From contig JBALVY010000001.1 of NCBI GenBank assembly GCA_036960375.1, forward strand, positions 576,563 through 640,562: a stretch of DNA of 64,000 nt. Direction: 5' to 3'. The first letter of the stretch is position 1; each line of letters opens with the position of its first letter. A program made the translations under genes and the position numbers. Below, piece after piece: positions 1 through 9,281 of the stretch. Below the pieces are notes generated by a model. It saw only the letters and a program-made list of their open reading frames with translations. It had not been told where the DNA came from and made no database searches. Source of the stretch: Pseudomonadales bacterium (GTDB lineage Bacteria > Pseudomonadota > Gammaproteobacteria > Pseudomonadales > CAWVSB01).

Positions 1-1257
1 TAGGGAAAGCCCGACCACAGCCCACACCGCCGCTACTGCGGCGCCCACAAGCGCGACTGCCCCCAGACCCAGCCCCAGGCCTTGTGTCAGGCCAGTAAAT
101 ATCCATGCGAACATGACATCGCCACCGCGATAGACTGCGATATCGATGACACTTTTTGCCTTGAACCGACTTTCGCGGTCGAGCTTGGTGAACAGCATTT
201 CACGACAGGGCCTAGTGATGGAGTAGTTGCCGGCCCGCCGCAAGATCTGCATGCCCACAACCACCCACAGCATGGGAGTGAGTGCTAGAAACATCATTGC
301 GATGGCGATAATAGCGGGCACTGAGGCGAGGGTCTTGGCTAGGCCGAAACGCGCGGTCAGTCGGCTGGTACCGAACCATGCAGTGACAATCGACAGGACA
401 TTGACCGCAAGGTCGATTCCCGCCCAGAACCGCACTCGGTCGGCGCTGGCCACGTCGGCCATCAGGTTTTTCAGCTCGAAGTAAATGAATGTATTGATGG
501 CAACATAGAGCAGGATAAACAGGCCGATACCCAGCAGGTACCGGCTCTTCAGGAAAAGCTCGAAGCCCGCCAGGGAGCTGCCGCCTATCGCGGTGTTCTG
601 GCTGTTGTGGTTGCCCTCGGGATTGCCGACCACACCGCGATTGCGCAATTGATTCATTCGCAGCACGATCACGACAGGTACGATTAGAAGGGTCGCGGAT
701 ATAATTAGAAGGTTCTTCTCGCCTACCCAGCCGACCAGGAATATCGCCATAGTCGGTCCTGCGATCGCACCGATGCTTGAACCCGAGCCGATGAAGGCGA
801 ATAAGCGCAAGGACTGCTCTCGTGAATAGGTGTCTGCCATGTAGGTCCAGAACACCGAGACATGAAACAAGCTGAATACGCTGATCCAGACATAGAATGC
901 CTTGCCCGCCAGCCCAATCTCTGCCGTATTGTCGAGCACTTTGTAGAACACAACGAACGATATGGCAAACAGTAAATAGATGCCCGGTACAATTCTGGAT
1001 GTGCGTATGCGCGAGCACGCTGCCCCATATAGCCAGACCGCGAACAAGCTGACAAAAAACGTGGCAGTCCACAAGGTGCTCAACTCGCTATCGGTCCAGT
1101 TGCTGGACATGGCATCGCGCACAGGCTTGAGCATGCTGTAAGAGGTCATTAAGGTAACGACAAAAGAGAACGATAACAGCACGGCTTGTAGTTCCTTTGG
1201 TTTGATCCTGGCTGTGCTTTCTACCAGATTGTTCAGGCTTGCACGGATGCGCGACAT
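1..1257 (-). CDS. MFS-type transporter, TLC/Npt1-like (tentative); C-terminus runs off the left edge, 419 codons visible
   Basis: Absent from the ORF track because no stop lies in the window. My manual minus-strand translation from ATG at 1257 stays open to base 1: MSRIRASLNNLVESTARIKPKELQAVLLSFSFVVTLMTSYSMLKPVRDAMSS..., with many hydrophobic spans. The Y-x-x-L-K-P-x-R-D motif after TM1 recalls the ATP/ADP-translocase-like MFS branch. The listed ORF 212..1072 is an off-frame shadow. Confidence 0.7.
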   Translation of the reverse strand, partial: MSRIRASLNNLVESTARIKPKELQAVLLSFSFVVTLMTSYSMLKPVRDAMSSNWTDSELSTLWTATFFVSLFAVWLYGAACSRIRTSRIVPGIYLLFAISFVVFYKVLDNTAEIGLAGKAFYVWISVFSLFHVSVFWTYMADTYSREQSLRLFAFIGSGSSIGAIAGPTMAIFLVGWVGEKNLLIISATLLIVPVVIVLRMNQLRNRGVVGNPEGNHNSQNTAIGGSSLAGFELFLKSRYLLGIGLFILLYVAINTFIYFELKNLMADVASADRVRFWAGIDLAVNVLSIVTAWFGTSRLTARFGLAKTLASVPAIIAIAMMFLALTPMLWVVVGMQILRRAGNYSITRPCREMLFTKLDRESRFKAKSVIDIAVYRGGDVMFAWIFTGLTQGLGLGLGAVALVGAAVAAVWAVVGLSL

Positions 1258-1302
1258 GTTAGAGTCCTGTTCGATTGGTCAGGGTGATGCAAGTGGCGGC
1301 GT

Positions 1303-2505
1303 TCATGCGTATCCGTCGATCAGTGTATCACCCGTTGGCACTTGCAGTAGCTTCTTACCTGCTAGCGCCATGCTGTTGTTGTAGTGAACAGATCCGTGGG
1401 TTGAGACAGTGCGGCAGTCGCGGAAGTGACGTTGTACCGGGTTGCGCCCTATCTGGCCGGTCACGCCCATCATGGCCGATAGATCGTGCACCGCGTCTCG
1501 GCATAGCCTAGCGACATAGGCCATCTGCTGACGCGAACGCAGGCGCTCGGTACCCTTGAGTTGCTCGTGTGCCATGCCGCGTTCATGCAGCATTGTACAT
1601 AGCTGGTCCGTCAGTAGTTCTGCCGTGGCAATGCGCACCTCGACCTCACCGACAGCGATCTGTACCGGCACCTGGTCGACAATGGTTTCACCGCGCATGG
1701 CGCCAACCCTGTCGATGGTTGAATCGAGATATTGCTCCAGGGCGCCGCGTGCTGTGCCCAGCAATGGGCCGGCCAGCAGGGTGCCAAAGTAGGAGGGCAT
1801 CTCGGTGTGGTAAATGTACTTGTCGTGGAGCTTGGACCCCGGAGGCTTCTGGCCGGAGAAGGATTTGTGATCGATAATCCGAGAGGCGGGAATGAACTGA
1901 TCCTTAACTACAACGTCATTGCTGCCGGTTCCTTTGAGTCCCTCGGCGACCCAGGTGTAGAGAATCTCGAACTCACCCGGCAGTAGCATAATATGGTGAG
2001 TAGGCATCCCCTTGTCCTTGGCTGACACCAGCACGCAGTCGGCGTGATCCACGCCACTGGCAAAACCCCACCTGCCGTTGGCAATGTAACCGCCATCTAC
2101 CGGTTCGAGCGAGCCACCACCGGCCGACGCCGTGGATATGATGGCATCCGGATGGTTCGGCCAGAATTCTTCCTGAGTCTCTGCGGGGAAGCGTGCCAGC
2201 ATCCAGGTGTGCGACAGCACGATGGAACTGATCCAGCCGGTTGATCCGCATCCGCGGGATATTTCGCGACTAACGTCTACGTGGGTGCCCCAATCCATCT
2301 CAAAGCCGCCGTAGCGACGTGGTGCGAATATTTTGTGCAATCCAGCCGCCTTCAGGTCTGCTATGGTTTCGTCTGGGATTTTACCCATGTCCTCGGTCGC
2401 GCTTGCACGTTCGCGCAATATTGGCACAAGGTTCTTGGCTGCAGTGACGAGTTCTTCTCGGCTTGGCACGTAACTAGGGGTTTGCTTCGATGCGCTTTTT
2501 AGCAT
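1303..2505 (-). CDS. Acyl-CoA-dehydrogenase-fold flavin-dependent monooxygenase, oxygenase component (HsaA / HpaH-C2 / DszC-like)
   Basis: 400 aa. RRYGGFEMDWGTHVDVSREISRGCGSTGWISSIVLSHTWMLARFPAETQEEFW and GRWGFASGVDHADCVLV are typical of group-D two-component monooxygenases rather than true ACADs. It lies 46 nt upstream of the MFS gene on the same strand. Confidence 0.8.
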   Translation of the reverse strand: MLKSASKQTPSYVPSREELVTAAKNLVPILRERASATEDMGKIPDETIADLKAAGLHKIFAPRRYGGFEMDWGTHVDVSREISRGCGSTGWISSIVLSHTWMLARFPAETQEEFWPNHPDAIISTASAGGGSLEPVDGGYIANGRWGFASGVDHADCVLVSAKDKGMPTHHIMLLPGEFEILYTWVAEGLKGTGSNDVVVKDQFIPASRIIDHKSFSGQKPPGSKLHDKYIYHTEMPSYFGTLLAGPLLGTARGALEQYLDSTIDRVGAMRGETIVDQVPVQIAVGEVEVRIATAELLTDQLCTMLHERGMAHEQLKGTERLRSRQQMAYVARLCRDAVHDLSAMMGVTGQIGRNPVQRHFRDCRTVSTHGSVHYNNSMALAGKKLLQVPTGDTLIDGYA

Positions 2506-2602
2506 GTTATAAGTGTCCTGTGTTCACTTGAGCCTGTTTGATCCGTTGGCGGTGTTGTTACCATGGGTGCAATACTTCCATGCTGCGCCTGTCTTAACGA
2601 TA

Positions 2603-2687
2603 AGCCCACATTGTGGTCAGGCGGGCACAGGCAGCGGCGCCCGCAATGTGGGCTGGATGCTATTAAGGGATAGCCTGAGTAGCATCC
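2603..2687. promoter_or_regulatory. Nested palindromes in the divergent promoter region (candidate operator or stem-loops)
   Basis: AGCCCACATTG (2603-2613) and CAATGTGGGCT (2644-2654) form a perfect 11-nt inverted repeat enclosing GCGGGC...GCCCGC. GGATGCTA (2655-2662) and TAGCATCC (2680-2687) follow, then TGCTTTTG. Function not established. Confidence 0.25.
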
Positions 2688-2721
2688 TGCTTTTGATGAA
2701 CAGCTTGGGGTTTACTGACAT

Positions 2722-5028
2722 ATGTCTGCCTTGCCTACGGCCGCGCCCCTGTCAGGGGTGAAAGTCCTTAACTGCGGAACGGCAGGTGTAGGCCCGTGGG
2801 CTGCATCACTGTTGGGTTTCCTGGGTGCCAGCGTGTTCAAGATTGAGCGTCCAGGCGGTGATTTCATCCGCCTGATGTACCCTCGTCGCAACGGTGTTGG
2901 TGCTGCCTATCCCGCTTTTAACGCTGGGCAGCGAGTGCTTACGCTGGACCTCAAGGATCCCGTCGACTGCGAGCGCTTTGATGAGCTGGTCCGTGACAGC
3001 GACGTGCTGATAGAAAATTTCCGGCCGGGCGTGGCAGAACGTCTGCACATGGGTTACGAGCGGGTGCGCGCGATAAACCCTGGAATCGTTTACGGCTCTA
3101 GTTCGGCCTGGGGTGACTCCGGACCAATGCGGGACCAGGCGGCCGTTGACCCACACCTGCAGGCCTTTAGCGGATTCGCAGCGCTTAATGGTGAGGTCGG
3201 TGGCCCCCCCGAAATGCTGCGCTCGGTCCATATCGATCCTAATGGCTCTGTATACCTTGCGGCTCTGCTCATACTCGGCTTGCTACAACGCAATCGCATT
3301 GGCACGGGTATGCGCTTGGGTACGTCCCATTTTGCGATGGCGTTAGCAATGCAAAGTACTCGCATCGCCGAATTGCTATCCCAGGATGATGTGCTGCCGC
3401 GCATGGGTAGTGCCTGTATCGCCAGTGCACCGAACCAGTGTGTGCGCACGGCCGACGGGCAGTACCTGGCGGTGACCGCTGAGAGCGATCACCAGTGGGC
3501 CGGATTGTGTCGAGCACTGCAGCGCCCCGATTGGTTACATGACGACCGTTTCGGCAGCAATACTGATCGCTGCCTAAACCGAGAGGTCCTGGCGCGCCTG
3601 CTGGAAGCTGAGTTCCTGCGGTTCCCGCAGCGCTGGTGGATATCGCGTCTGGAGCAGGAGAACGTGCCTCATAGCCGACTGCTCGATTACGACGACTTGC
3701 GCTTCCACCCACAGATACTTGATAACGCTTACCTGTCCACCCTCGATACTGAGGAGGGGGCGGTCGTGGTTGGGGGCTTGCCTTGGCATTTCAGTCGTAC
3801 GCCTGCCCGGCTCAGTACCGCGGGTGCAGACGAGTCGGTAGCGCAGGTGGCGGCGTCCGAGGTGTCCGCTGACCCTGAGGTCGCTCCTTTGCATGAGCTC
3901 ACCGTCATCGACGCCAGTGAAGGTTATAGCGGGCCACTACTAAGCCTGTTACTGGCCGACTCTGGGGCAACTGTTATCAAGGCGGAATTGCCCGCCGGAG
4001 ATTGGGCCCGGCATCTAGAGCCCGCAGATACAGCCGGTAGCAGCGCTCTTTTTGAAGCCCTTAATCGCAACAAGCGCGGGCTGCCGATCGCACCCGATAA
4101 AGCCAACAGTCGGACCGAGTTCGACTTACTGCTCGCAGTGGCTGATGTGCTGGTCTACGATGCCAACTCGCTGCTGGCTCAGCAGTGGGAATTGAGTGAA
4201 GCGGCACTGCGCGAACGTTACCCGCGGCTGGTGCTTGTTGAGCTCAGTGCCTACGGGCCACAAGGGCCGCTTGCGGCCAGTACCGGCAGTGAACTGACGG
4301 CGCAAGCGATGACCGGCTACCTGCGCAACCTCGGTCGTCCCGACGGTCCACCGGTGAGAGTGGGTGCGGATATTGCCACTACAGGCACTGCTGCCATGGC
4401 CCTGGTGGGCACGTTGGCCGCGCTGTATGAGCGTGAACGATCGGGCGCTGGCCAGCGGATTCAGTGCAGCTTGCTCGGGACCCTGATGTCCATGCGGAGC
4501 TTGCGCTGGGCTTCATTGGACCGTCCCGATGCCTGGCGGGGTACCGATTGCGGGGCTACCACGGACAACCCCTGGCTGGGCTACCAGACCCGGGATGGCT
4601 TTATCTGGCCCTCCCTCAGAACAGTTCGCGAGAACGCCGATCTGCAGTATCTGCTGGAGCAGCTCGGTGTACCGGAAGACATGCGCCTGGCAGCTGAAAT
4701 GAAGGAGATGCCGAGCGAGACTATCGGCCTCGGCTATCTGGCGCGTCAGTGGCAGGCGCGGTGGGATAGTGTTCTCGGTAAGCTCTCACGCGATGTCGTG
4801 TTGGCACAGTTTCACTCAGCCAGAGGCATTGCTGTTGAGTTCAGTGAACTGCACGAAATTGTCAGCCATCCCCAGACACAGACCCTTGGCATTTTTGAGC
4901 AGAGCGGTGGGCGGCGCTATATGCGCGCACCCTGGTCCGCGCCCTGGTCGCTGCCGCCGCTCCAGTTAGCGCCTACCCATCCAAAATGGGTCGGCATCGA
5001 TGTTAATTCAGAACACACAAAGGCCTAA
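2722..5028 (+). CDS. Double-domain class III (CaiB/BaiF) CoA-transferase, DddD-like architecture
   Basis: 768 aa. The N-half begins LSGVKVLNCGTAGVGPWAASLLGFLGASVFKIERPGGD. A second transferase half restarts near aa 392: LHELTVIDASEGYSGPLLSLLLADSGATVIKAELPAGD. Both halves keep an Asp at the expected catalytic position (HIDPNGS; VGADIATTGT). Paralog of 23200..25470. Confidence 0.85.
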   Translation: MSALPTAAPLSGVKVLNCGTAGVGPWAASLLGFLGASVFKIERPGGDFIRLMYPRRNGVGAAYPAFNAGQRVLTLDLKDPVDCERFDELVRDSDVLIENFRPGVAERLHMGYERVRAINPGIVYGSSSAWGDSGPMRDQAAVDPHLQAFSGFAALNGEVGGPPEMLRSVHIDPNGSVYLAALLILGLLQRNRIGTGMRLGTSHFAMALAMQSTRIAELLSQDDVLPRMGSACIASAPNQCVRTADGQYLAVTAESDHQWAGLCRALQRPDWLHDDRFGSNTDRCLNREVLARLLEAEFLRFPQRWWISRLEQENVPHSRLLDYDDLRFHPQILDNAYLSTLDTEEGAVVVGGLPWHFSRTPARLSTAGADESVAQVAASEVSADPEVAPLHELTVIDASEGYSGPLLSLLLADSGATVIKAELPAGDWARHLEPADTAGSSALFEALNRNKRGLPIAPDKANSRTEFDLLLAVADVLVYDANSLLAQQWELSEAALRERYPRLVLVELSAYGPQGPLAASTGSELTAQAMTGYLRNLGRPDGPPVRVGADIATTGTAAMALVGTLAALYERERSGAGQRIQCSLLGTLMSMRSLRWASLDRPDAWRGTDCGATTDNPWLGYQTRDGFIWPSLRTVRENADLQYLLEQLGVPEDMRLAAEMKEMPSETIGLGYLARQWQARWDSVLGKLSRDVVLAQFHSARGIAVEFSELHEIVSHPQTQTLGIFEQSGGRRYMRAPWSAPWSLPPLQLAPTHPKWVGIDVNSEHTKA

Positions 5029-5030
5029 CA

Positions 5031-6188
5031 GTGGATTTCAAATTACCTGAACAGACCCAAATGATTAAAGACACGGCGCGCCGCGTTGTGAATGAACACT
5101 TCATGCCGTTGGAGCAACAGCTGGCCGACCGGGAAAGTACCTATGAGGTCCCGCCTGAGGTCCATGCGAAACTCGCGACTACCCTCAAAGACTTGGGATT
5201 GTGGGCGCTGGAAGTGCCCGAGGAGCTAGGCGGTGCTGGTCTGGGTATCCTCGACCATTGTGCTGTCATGGAAGAAGCCTGGCGTTGCACCGCAGGCCGG
5301 CGCCTGTGGGTCTCGCTATTTTTTCCTGTTTTGAACCAGCTCGGCACCATCGATCAGAAAGAAAAATACCTGTATCCAAGTATCAGTGGTGCCATCCATG
5401 GGGCGTCGGCGTTTTCGGAGCCTGGCGCCGCCGGCGATCTGGCCGGAATCAGCACTACTGCCACGCAAGTGGCGGACGGCTGGCTGCTTAACGGTACCAA
5501 GTGTTGGATTACATACGCCGACACGGCTAGCTATGTATTGGTTCTGGCGCGCATGCCTGGTACTCGGCGTCACGACGGCATGACCTGGTTCGTGGTCGAC
5601 GCCAATTCGCCGGGTTTCGAGGTAACGCGTCGCCAGCAGATGATTCATGGCCACCCCACCTTTGAGCTGATGCTGAATGACTGCCTGCTGCCCCATGATG
5701 CTATTCTGGGCGAGCCCGGACAGGGTTTTGCCTCAGGTGCTAACGCCCTGTTCCGAGGTCGTATGACGATTTCAGCTCGCGCTCTGGGTAGCGCCGAGCG
5801 CTGCATGGAAATGATGGTCAGCTACGCCAACGAGCGCCATACTTTCGGCAAGCCCCTGGCCAGCCGGCAGGCGATCCAGTGGATGATTGCCGATTCTGCG
5901 CTAGAGTTACACAACCTGAGATCCATGCTGGTTCGCACCGCCTGGGATGCAGATCAGGGCAAGTCAATGCGAACCCAGACCGCTATGCTGAAACTGCAGG
6001 CTTCCGAAGTCGCTGGCCGCATCGCAGATCGAGCGGTGCAAATTCATGGTGCTGCAGGACTATCTACTGACATGGTGCTTGAGCGCATCTACCGAGATGT
6101 TCGTCCCATGCGTATCTACGAGGGGACATCCGAAGCGATGCGTAGCATGATCGCCAAGAATATTCTGGCGGGTGACCCATGGCAGTGA
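5031..6188 (+). CDS. Acyl-CoA dehydrogenase
   Basis: 385 aa. GTG start 2 nt after the upstream stop. Canonical ACAD layout with the C-terminal RIYEGTSEAMR catalytic-Glu motif. Confidence 0.9.
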   Translation: MDFKLPEQTQMIKDTARRVVNEHFMPLEQQLADRESTYEVPPEVHAKLATTLKDLGLWALEVPEELGGAGLGILDHCAVMEEAWRCTAGRRLWVSLFFPVLNQLGTIDQKEKYLYPSISGAIHGASAFSEPGAAGDLAGISTTATQVADGWLLNGTKCWITYADTASYVLVLARMPGTRRHDGMTWFVVDANSPGFEVTRRQQMIHGHPTFELMLNDCLLPHDAILGEPGQGFASGANALFRGRMTISARALGSAERCMEMMVSYANERHTFGKPLASRQAIQWMIADSALELHNLRSMLVRTAWDADQGKSMRTQTAMLKLQASEVAGRIADRAVQIHGAAGLSTDMVLERIYRDVRPMRIYEGTSEAMRSMIAKNILAGDPWQ

Positions 6189-7639
6189 ACGCGCAATCTA
6201 TCGCGGCGCAACTTTCCGCACTGCCACTGTCTATGACCATAGATGGTATTGCTGTCGCCGCCGCCAAACAGCTCGATGTTATTAACCCGTCTACTGCCAC
6301 GGTGCTTAGCACCGCGCCGGATGCCAGTCCTGCCGAGATCGACCTGGCGGTGGATGCCGCCGCTCGTGCTTATCCTGCCTGGTCCGGACTGCCGATGGCG
6401 ACCCGCCGGACCGCTATCATGGCGCTGGCCGATGCACTTGAGGCTAATCGCGATGAGCTTACGCTGATCAATTCGCTGGAGTGCGGTGCGCCACTGAAGG
6501 TGGCCCGCTCAGTGGATGTCGCAATTCGCTACCTCAGGACAATCGCCGCTTTCGAGTTGCCGGTAGAGATACTGCGAGAGGACGCTACCCAACGTATCGA
6601 ACTGATGCGGGTGTCACTAGGAGTCGTTGCAGCTATTACGCCCTGGAATGCCCCCCTAACCCTGGCAGCCGCAAAAATTGCCTCTGCGCTGCTTGTGGGC
6701 AACACTATGGTGTTGAAACCCTCGCCTTTCGCGCCGTTGGCGACCCTGCGGCTGGGACAATTGGCCAGTGAGATTTTCCCGGCTGGCGTGCTTAATGTGG
6801 TCAGCGGCGGCGCGGCGGCGGGGGAGTCGCTGACGGGTCACCCGGACGTTGCCAAAGTGTCTTTCACCGGTTCGGTAGAGGTTGGTAAGCACATTATGTC
6901 CGCCGCCAGCGGTGGGCTGAAGCGTCTTACCCTCGAGCTTGGAGGCAATGACGCCGCAATCGTCCTGTCCGATACCGATCCCGTGGTAGCGGCGGCGGGT
7001 ATCGCTCGCATCGCTTTCTCTAATTGCGGTCAGTTCTGCATGGCGATCAAGCGCGTCTACGTCGAGCGACCGGTGGCCGAGGCCCTGTGTGATGCCCTGG
7101 TCAGGGAAGTATCGGCGAAGCGACTGGGTTCGGCCCTCGATCCAGGCACCGATATCGGCCCGGTGCAAAATGAACAGCAGTACCTGCGTCTGCAGGCCCT
7201 GCTTGAGGACACAAAAGCAGCCGGTGGCCGGTTTCTACTGGGCGGCGGAATTGGCGAGGTTTCTACAGGAGGCGGCTATTACATTTCGCCCGCTATTGTG
7301 ACCGGTCTCGATGAAACCGCTGAACTGGTGGCCAATGAGCAGTTTGGTCCCGTGCTGCCGGTGCTGGTAGTGGACTCCGCTGAGGAAGCTCTGGCGCGGG
7401 CCAATGCGAGCCGGTTCGGGCTGGGTGGCTCCGTTTGGGGCGCTGATGTGGCAAGGGCCACCGCCCTGGCGAGGCAGATGCAAGTGGGCACTGCTTGGGT
7501 AAATCAGCACGGCGCTCTGGACGCGGCGGTACCCATGAACGGGTGCAAAGAATCGGGCCTGGGTATTGAATATGGCATTGATGGTTTAAAGGGCTACACC
7601 GCACCCCGGGTGGTCAATATTCTGAAAACTACGAGATAA
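6179..7639 (+). CDS. NAD(P)+-dependent aldehyde dehydrogenase
   Basis: 486 aa. ALDH motifs LELGGND and FSNCGQFCMA (catalytic Cys). The start overlaps the ACAD stop (ATGGCAGTGA). Confidence 0.9.
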   Translation: MAVNAQSIAAQLSALPLSMTIDGIAVAAAKQLDVINPSTATVLSTAPDASPAEIDLAVDAAARAYPAWSGLPMATRRTAIMALADALEANRDELTLINSLECGAPLKVARSVDVAIRYLRTIAAFELPVEILREDATQRIELMRVSLGVVAAITPWNAPLTLAAAKIASALLVGNTMVLKPSPFAPLATLRLGQLASEIFPAGVLNVVSGGAAAGESLTGHPDVAKVSFTGSVEVGKHIMSAASGGLKRLTLELGGNDAAIVLSDTDPVVAAAGIARIAFSNCGQFCMAIKRVYVERPVAEALCDALVREVSAKRLGSALDPGTDIGPVQNEQQYLRLQALLEDTKAAGGRFLLGGGIGEVSTGGGYYISPAIVTGLDETAELVANEQFGPVLPVLVVDSAEEALARANASRFGLGGSVWGADVARATALARQMQVGTAWVNQHGALDAAVPMNGCKESGLGIEYGIDGLKGYTAPRVVNILKTTR

Positions 7640-7659
7640 AAAACGAGGCAGAATTAACA

Positions 7660-8028
7660 ATGACGGCGACAAACACAGCAGCAACACAGCGGCGGGTGGT
7701 CAAGGACAAGCCTGCTCATTTTTTCGACAGCCCTGAGACGGACATCCTTATGTCTATGGTGCTGGCCCTGGCGGGTGAGCTTTCGGTAGTGCGCGAGCGA
7801 CTCGATACCCACGAAAGGTTGAGCCAGTCCCAGGGCGGTTTCGACCCGGATGCGGTTAATCGTTATAAGCCGGATGCCGAGGTTGTGGCGCAGCGCAGCG
7901 CTGCGCGTAATAAGTATCTGAAACGCGTTCTTAGGGAAGCGCTGAACGAGGTGAGTAGAGCCAGTGACACGGACCCGCTTCTGTCCGGTGAAGCGCTGGC
8001 CGACATACTGACAGGACAAGGAAAATGA
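7660..8028 (+). CDS. Small predicted alpha-helical protein S1, family not recognised; paralog of 10417..10740
   Basis: 122 aa. It aligns without gaps to S2 over about 78 residues, roughly one third identical, sharing V-x-R-[ED]-R-L-D-T-x-E-x-L and P-D-x-E...Y. Its stop overlaps the start of the downstream methyltransferase (ATGA at 8025-8028). Confidence 0.6.
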   Translation: MTATNTAATQRRVVKDKPAHFFDSPETDILMSMVLALAGELSVVRERLDTHERLSQSQGGFDPDAVNRYKPDAEVVAQRSAARNKYLKRVLREALNEVSRASDTDPLLSGEALADILTGQGK

Positions 8029-9218
8029 GCAAACACATAACACCCGAAAATTACACTGGCGGCTTTGAGGGTCACCCTATGCTGCCGCAAACCGACCATG
8101 ACGAGCACGCGCAACAGGCTTTTGTGCTCAGTCTAAAGCAGCTGGTCAATGGCGAATTACTGGCGGGCACCCGTCAGTTATGCGAGCGCAAAGCCCGGGA
8201 AGAGCTTGGGCTGGACAGCACTCCAGCGCCAGAGGCCAGACATGCAGTACGTAAAATGATGGCCGGCACGTCGAGCTACCGTATCTGGAGTTCGCTGCTG
8301 CGCAATTCGCAGGAGCTGCTGTGGGACTACGTGGGCGAAAGCGTGGATCGACAGTTGGATGAACTGAATACCCGCGCAAACAGTATAGAAACACCGCTTG
8401 GCTCGCTGCGGCTGAATCCGGATTTCATGCTGCCCGGCTATCTTGCGGCAGTTGATCAGCACATTATGCCAGGTGGCTATGGCGACAACCCGGCGGACGA
8501 TGATGTTCGCTCCGGCGCTGTGTATGACCGCGGTGCCGCCCTATACCACATGGGGCAAGTTAATCTGCTCAACGACGTCCGCGGGCATACGCTGGCCGCT
8601 TATTTGCAAGATGTCTACGGTGAGCTGAAGCCGCTGCGCATTCTCGATATGGGCTGTACAGTTGGGCACAGTACCCTGGTGCTGTGTGACTATTTTCCCG
8701 ATGCCGAGATCCACGCCATCGACGTGGGCCCATCACAGTTGCGTTATGCCCATGCCCGCGCCGAACATTTGGGCAAGACCGTGCATTTCTCACAGCAGTC
8801 AGCGGAGTCTACCGACTTCGAGTCAGGCAGCTTTGATCTTGTGGTGTCCAGTGCGATGTTCCACGAGACCTCAACTGCCGCAGTACCGCAGATCATGCGC
8901 GAATGCATGCGCCTTTTGCGCCCGGGTGGTATTTGCGCGCACGCCGAGGTGCCCGTGCGCTACGACCGGATGCCGGTAGCCGACGTACTCATAAGGGACT
9001 GGCAGACCTACCATAACGGTGAGCCTTTCTGGGGTGGATGCGCGACTACCGATTTCGGTGCGGCACTCGAAGATGCCAGTTTTGTCGACGTGCAAACCGG
9101 TTTCCAGCCGGCGACCCGCGACGCCACTGATCCGACCCGTGGCCACTTTAGTAGCGAGGGTGATGCCTCCTTTCGCTACTGGTATCTGTTCGGAGGTAAG
9201 AAACCCAGTGATGCATGA
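8025..9218 (+). CDS. Class I SAM-dependent methyltransferase MT1 with an N-terminal extension of about 190 aa
   Basis: 397 aa. Motif I is ILDMGCTVGHST and post-I is IHAIDVGP; LLRPGG is also present. The N-terminal extension is shared with MT2 (QAF, LLWD, PGGY, DDV-x-x-GA). Confidence 0.8.
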   Translation: MSKHITPENYTGGFEGHPMLPQTDHDEHAQQAFVLSLKQLVNGELLAGTRQLCERKAREELGLDSTPAPEARHAVRKMMAGTSSYRIWSSLLRNSQELLWDYVGESVDRQLDELNTRANSIETPLGSLRLNPDFMLPGYLAAVDQHIMPGGYGDNPADDDVRSGAVYDRGAALYHMGQVNLLNDVRGHTLAAYLQDVYGELKPLRILDMGCTVGHSTLVLCDYFPDAEIHAIDVGPSQLRYAHARAEHLGKTVHFSQQSAESTDFESGSFDLVVSSAMFHETSTAAVPQIMRECMRLLRPGGICAHAEVPVRYDRMPVADVLIRDWQTYHNGEPFWGGCATTDFGAALEDASFVDVQTGFQPATRDATDPTRGHFSSEGDASFRYWYLFGGKKPSDA

Positions 9219-9281
9219 TCCGGAAAAAATCGTTGATCTATATGAATCAATCCCATTAAGCAACCAAGAGGGAAAATCACA

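Noticed and set aside
212-1072. A 286-aa ORF (with nested ORFs 227..484 and 723..1055) offered by the ORF track.
   Set aside because: The protein is Arg/Gly/Pro/Cys-rich and low-complexity-looking, with no recognisable motif. It lies off-frame on the same strand as a much better membrane-protein frame that is open from 1257 to base 1. This is a typical shadow ORF of GC-rich DNA.
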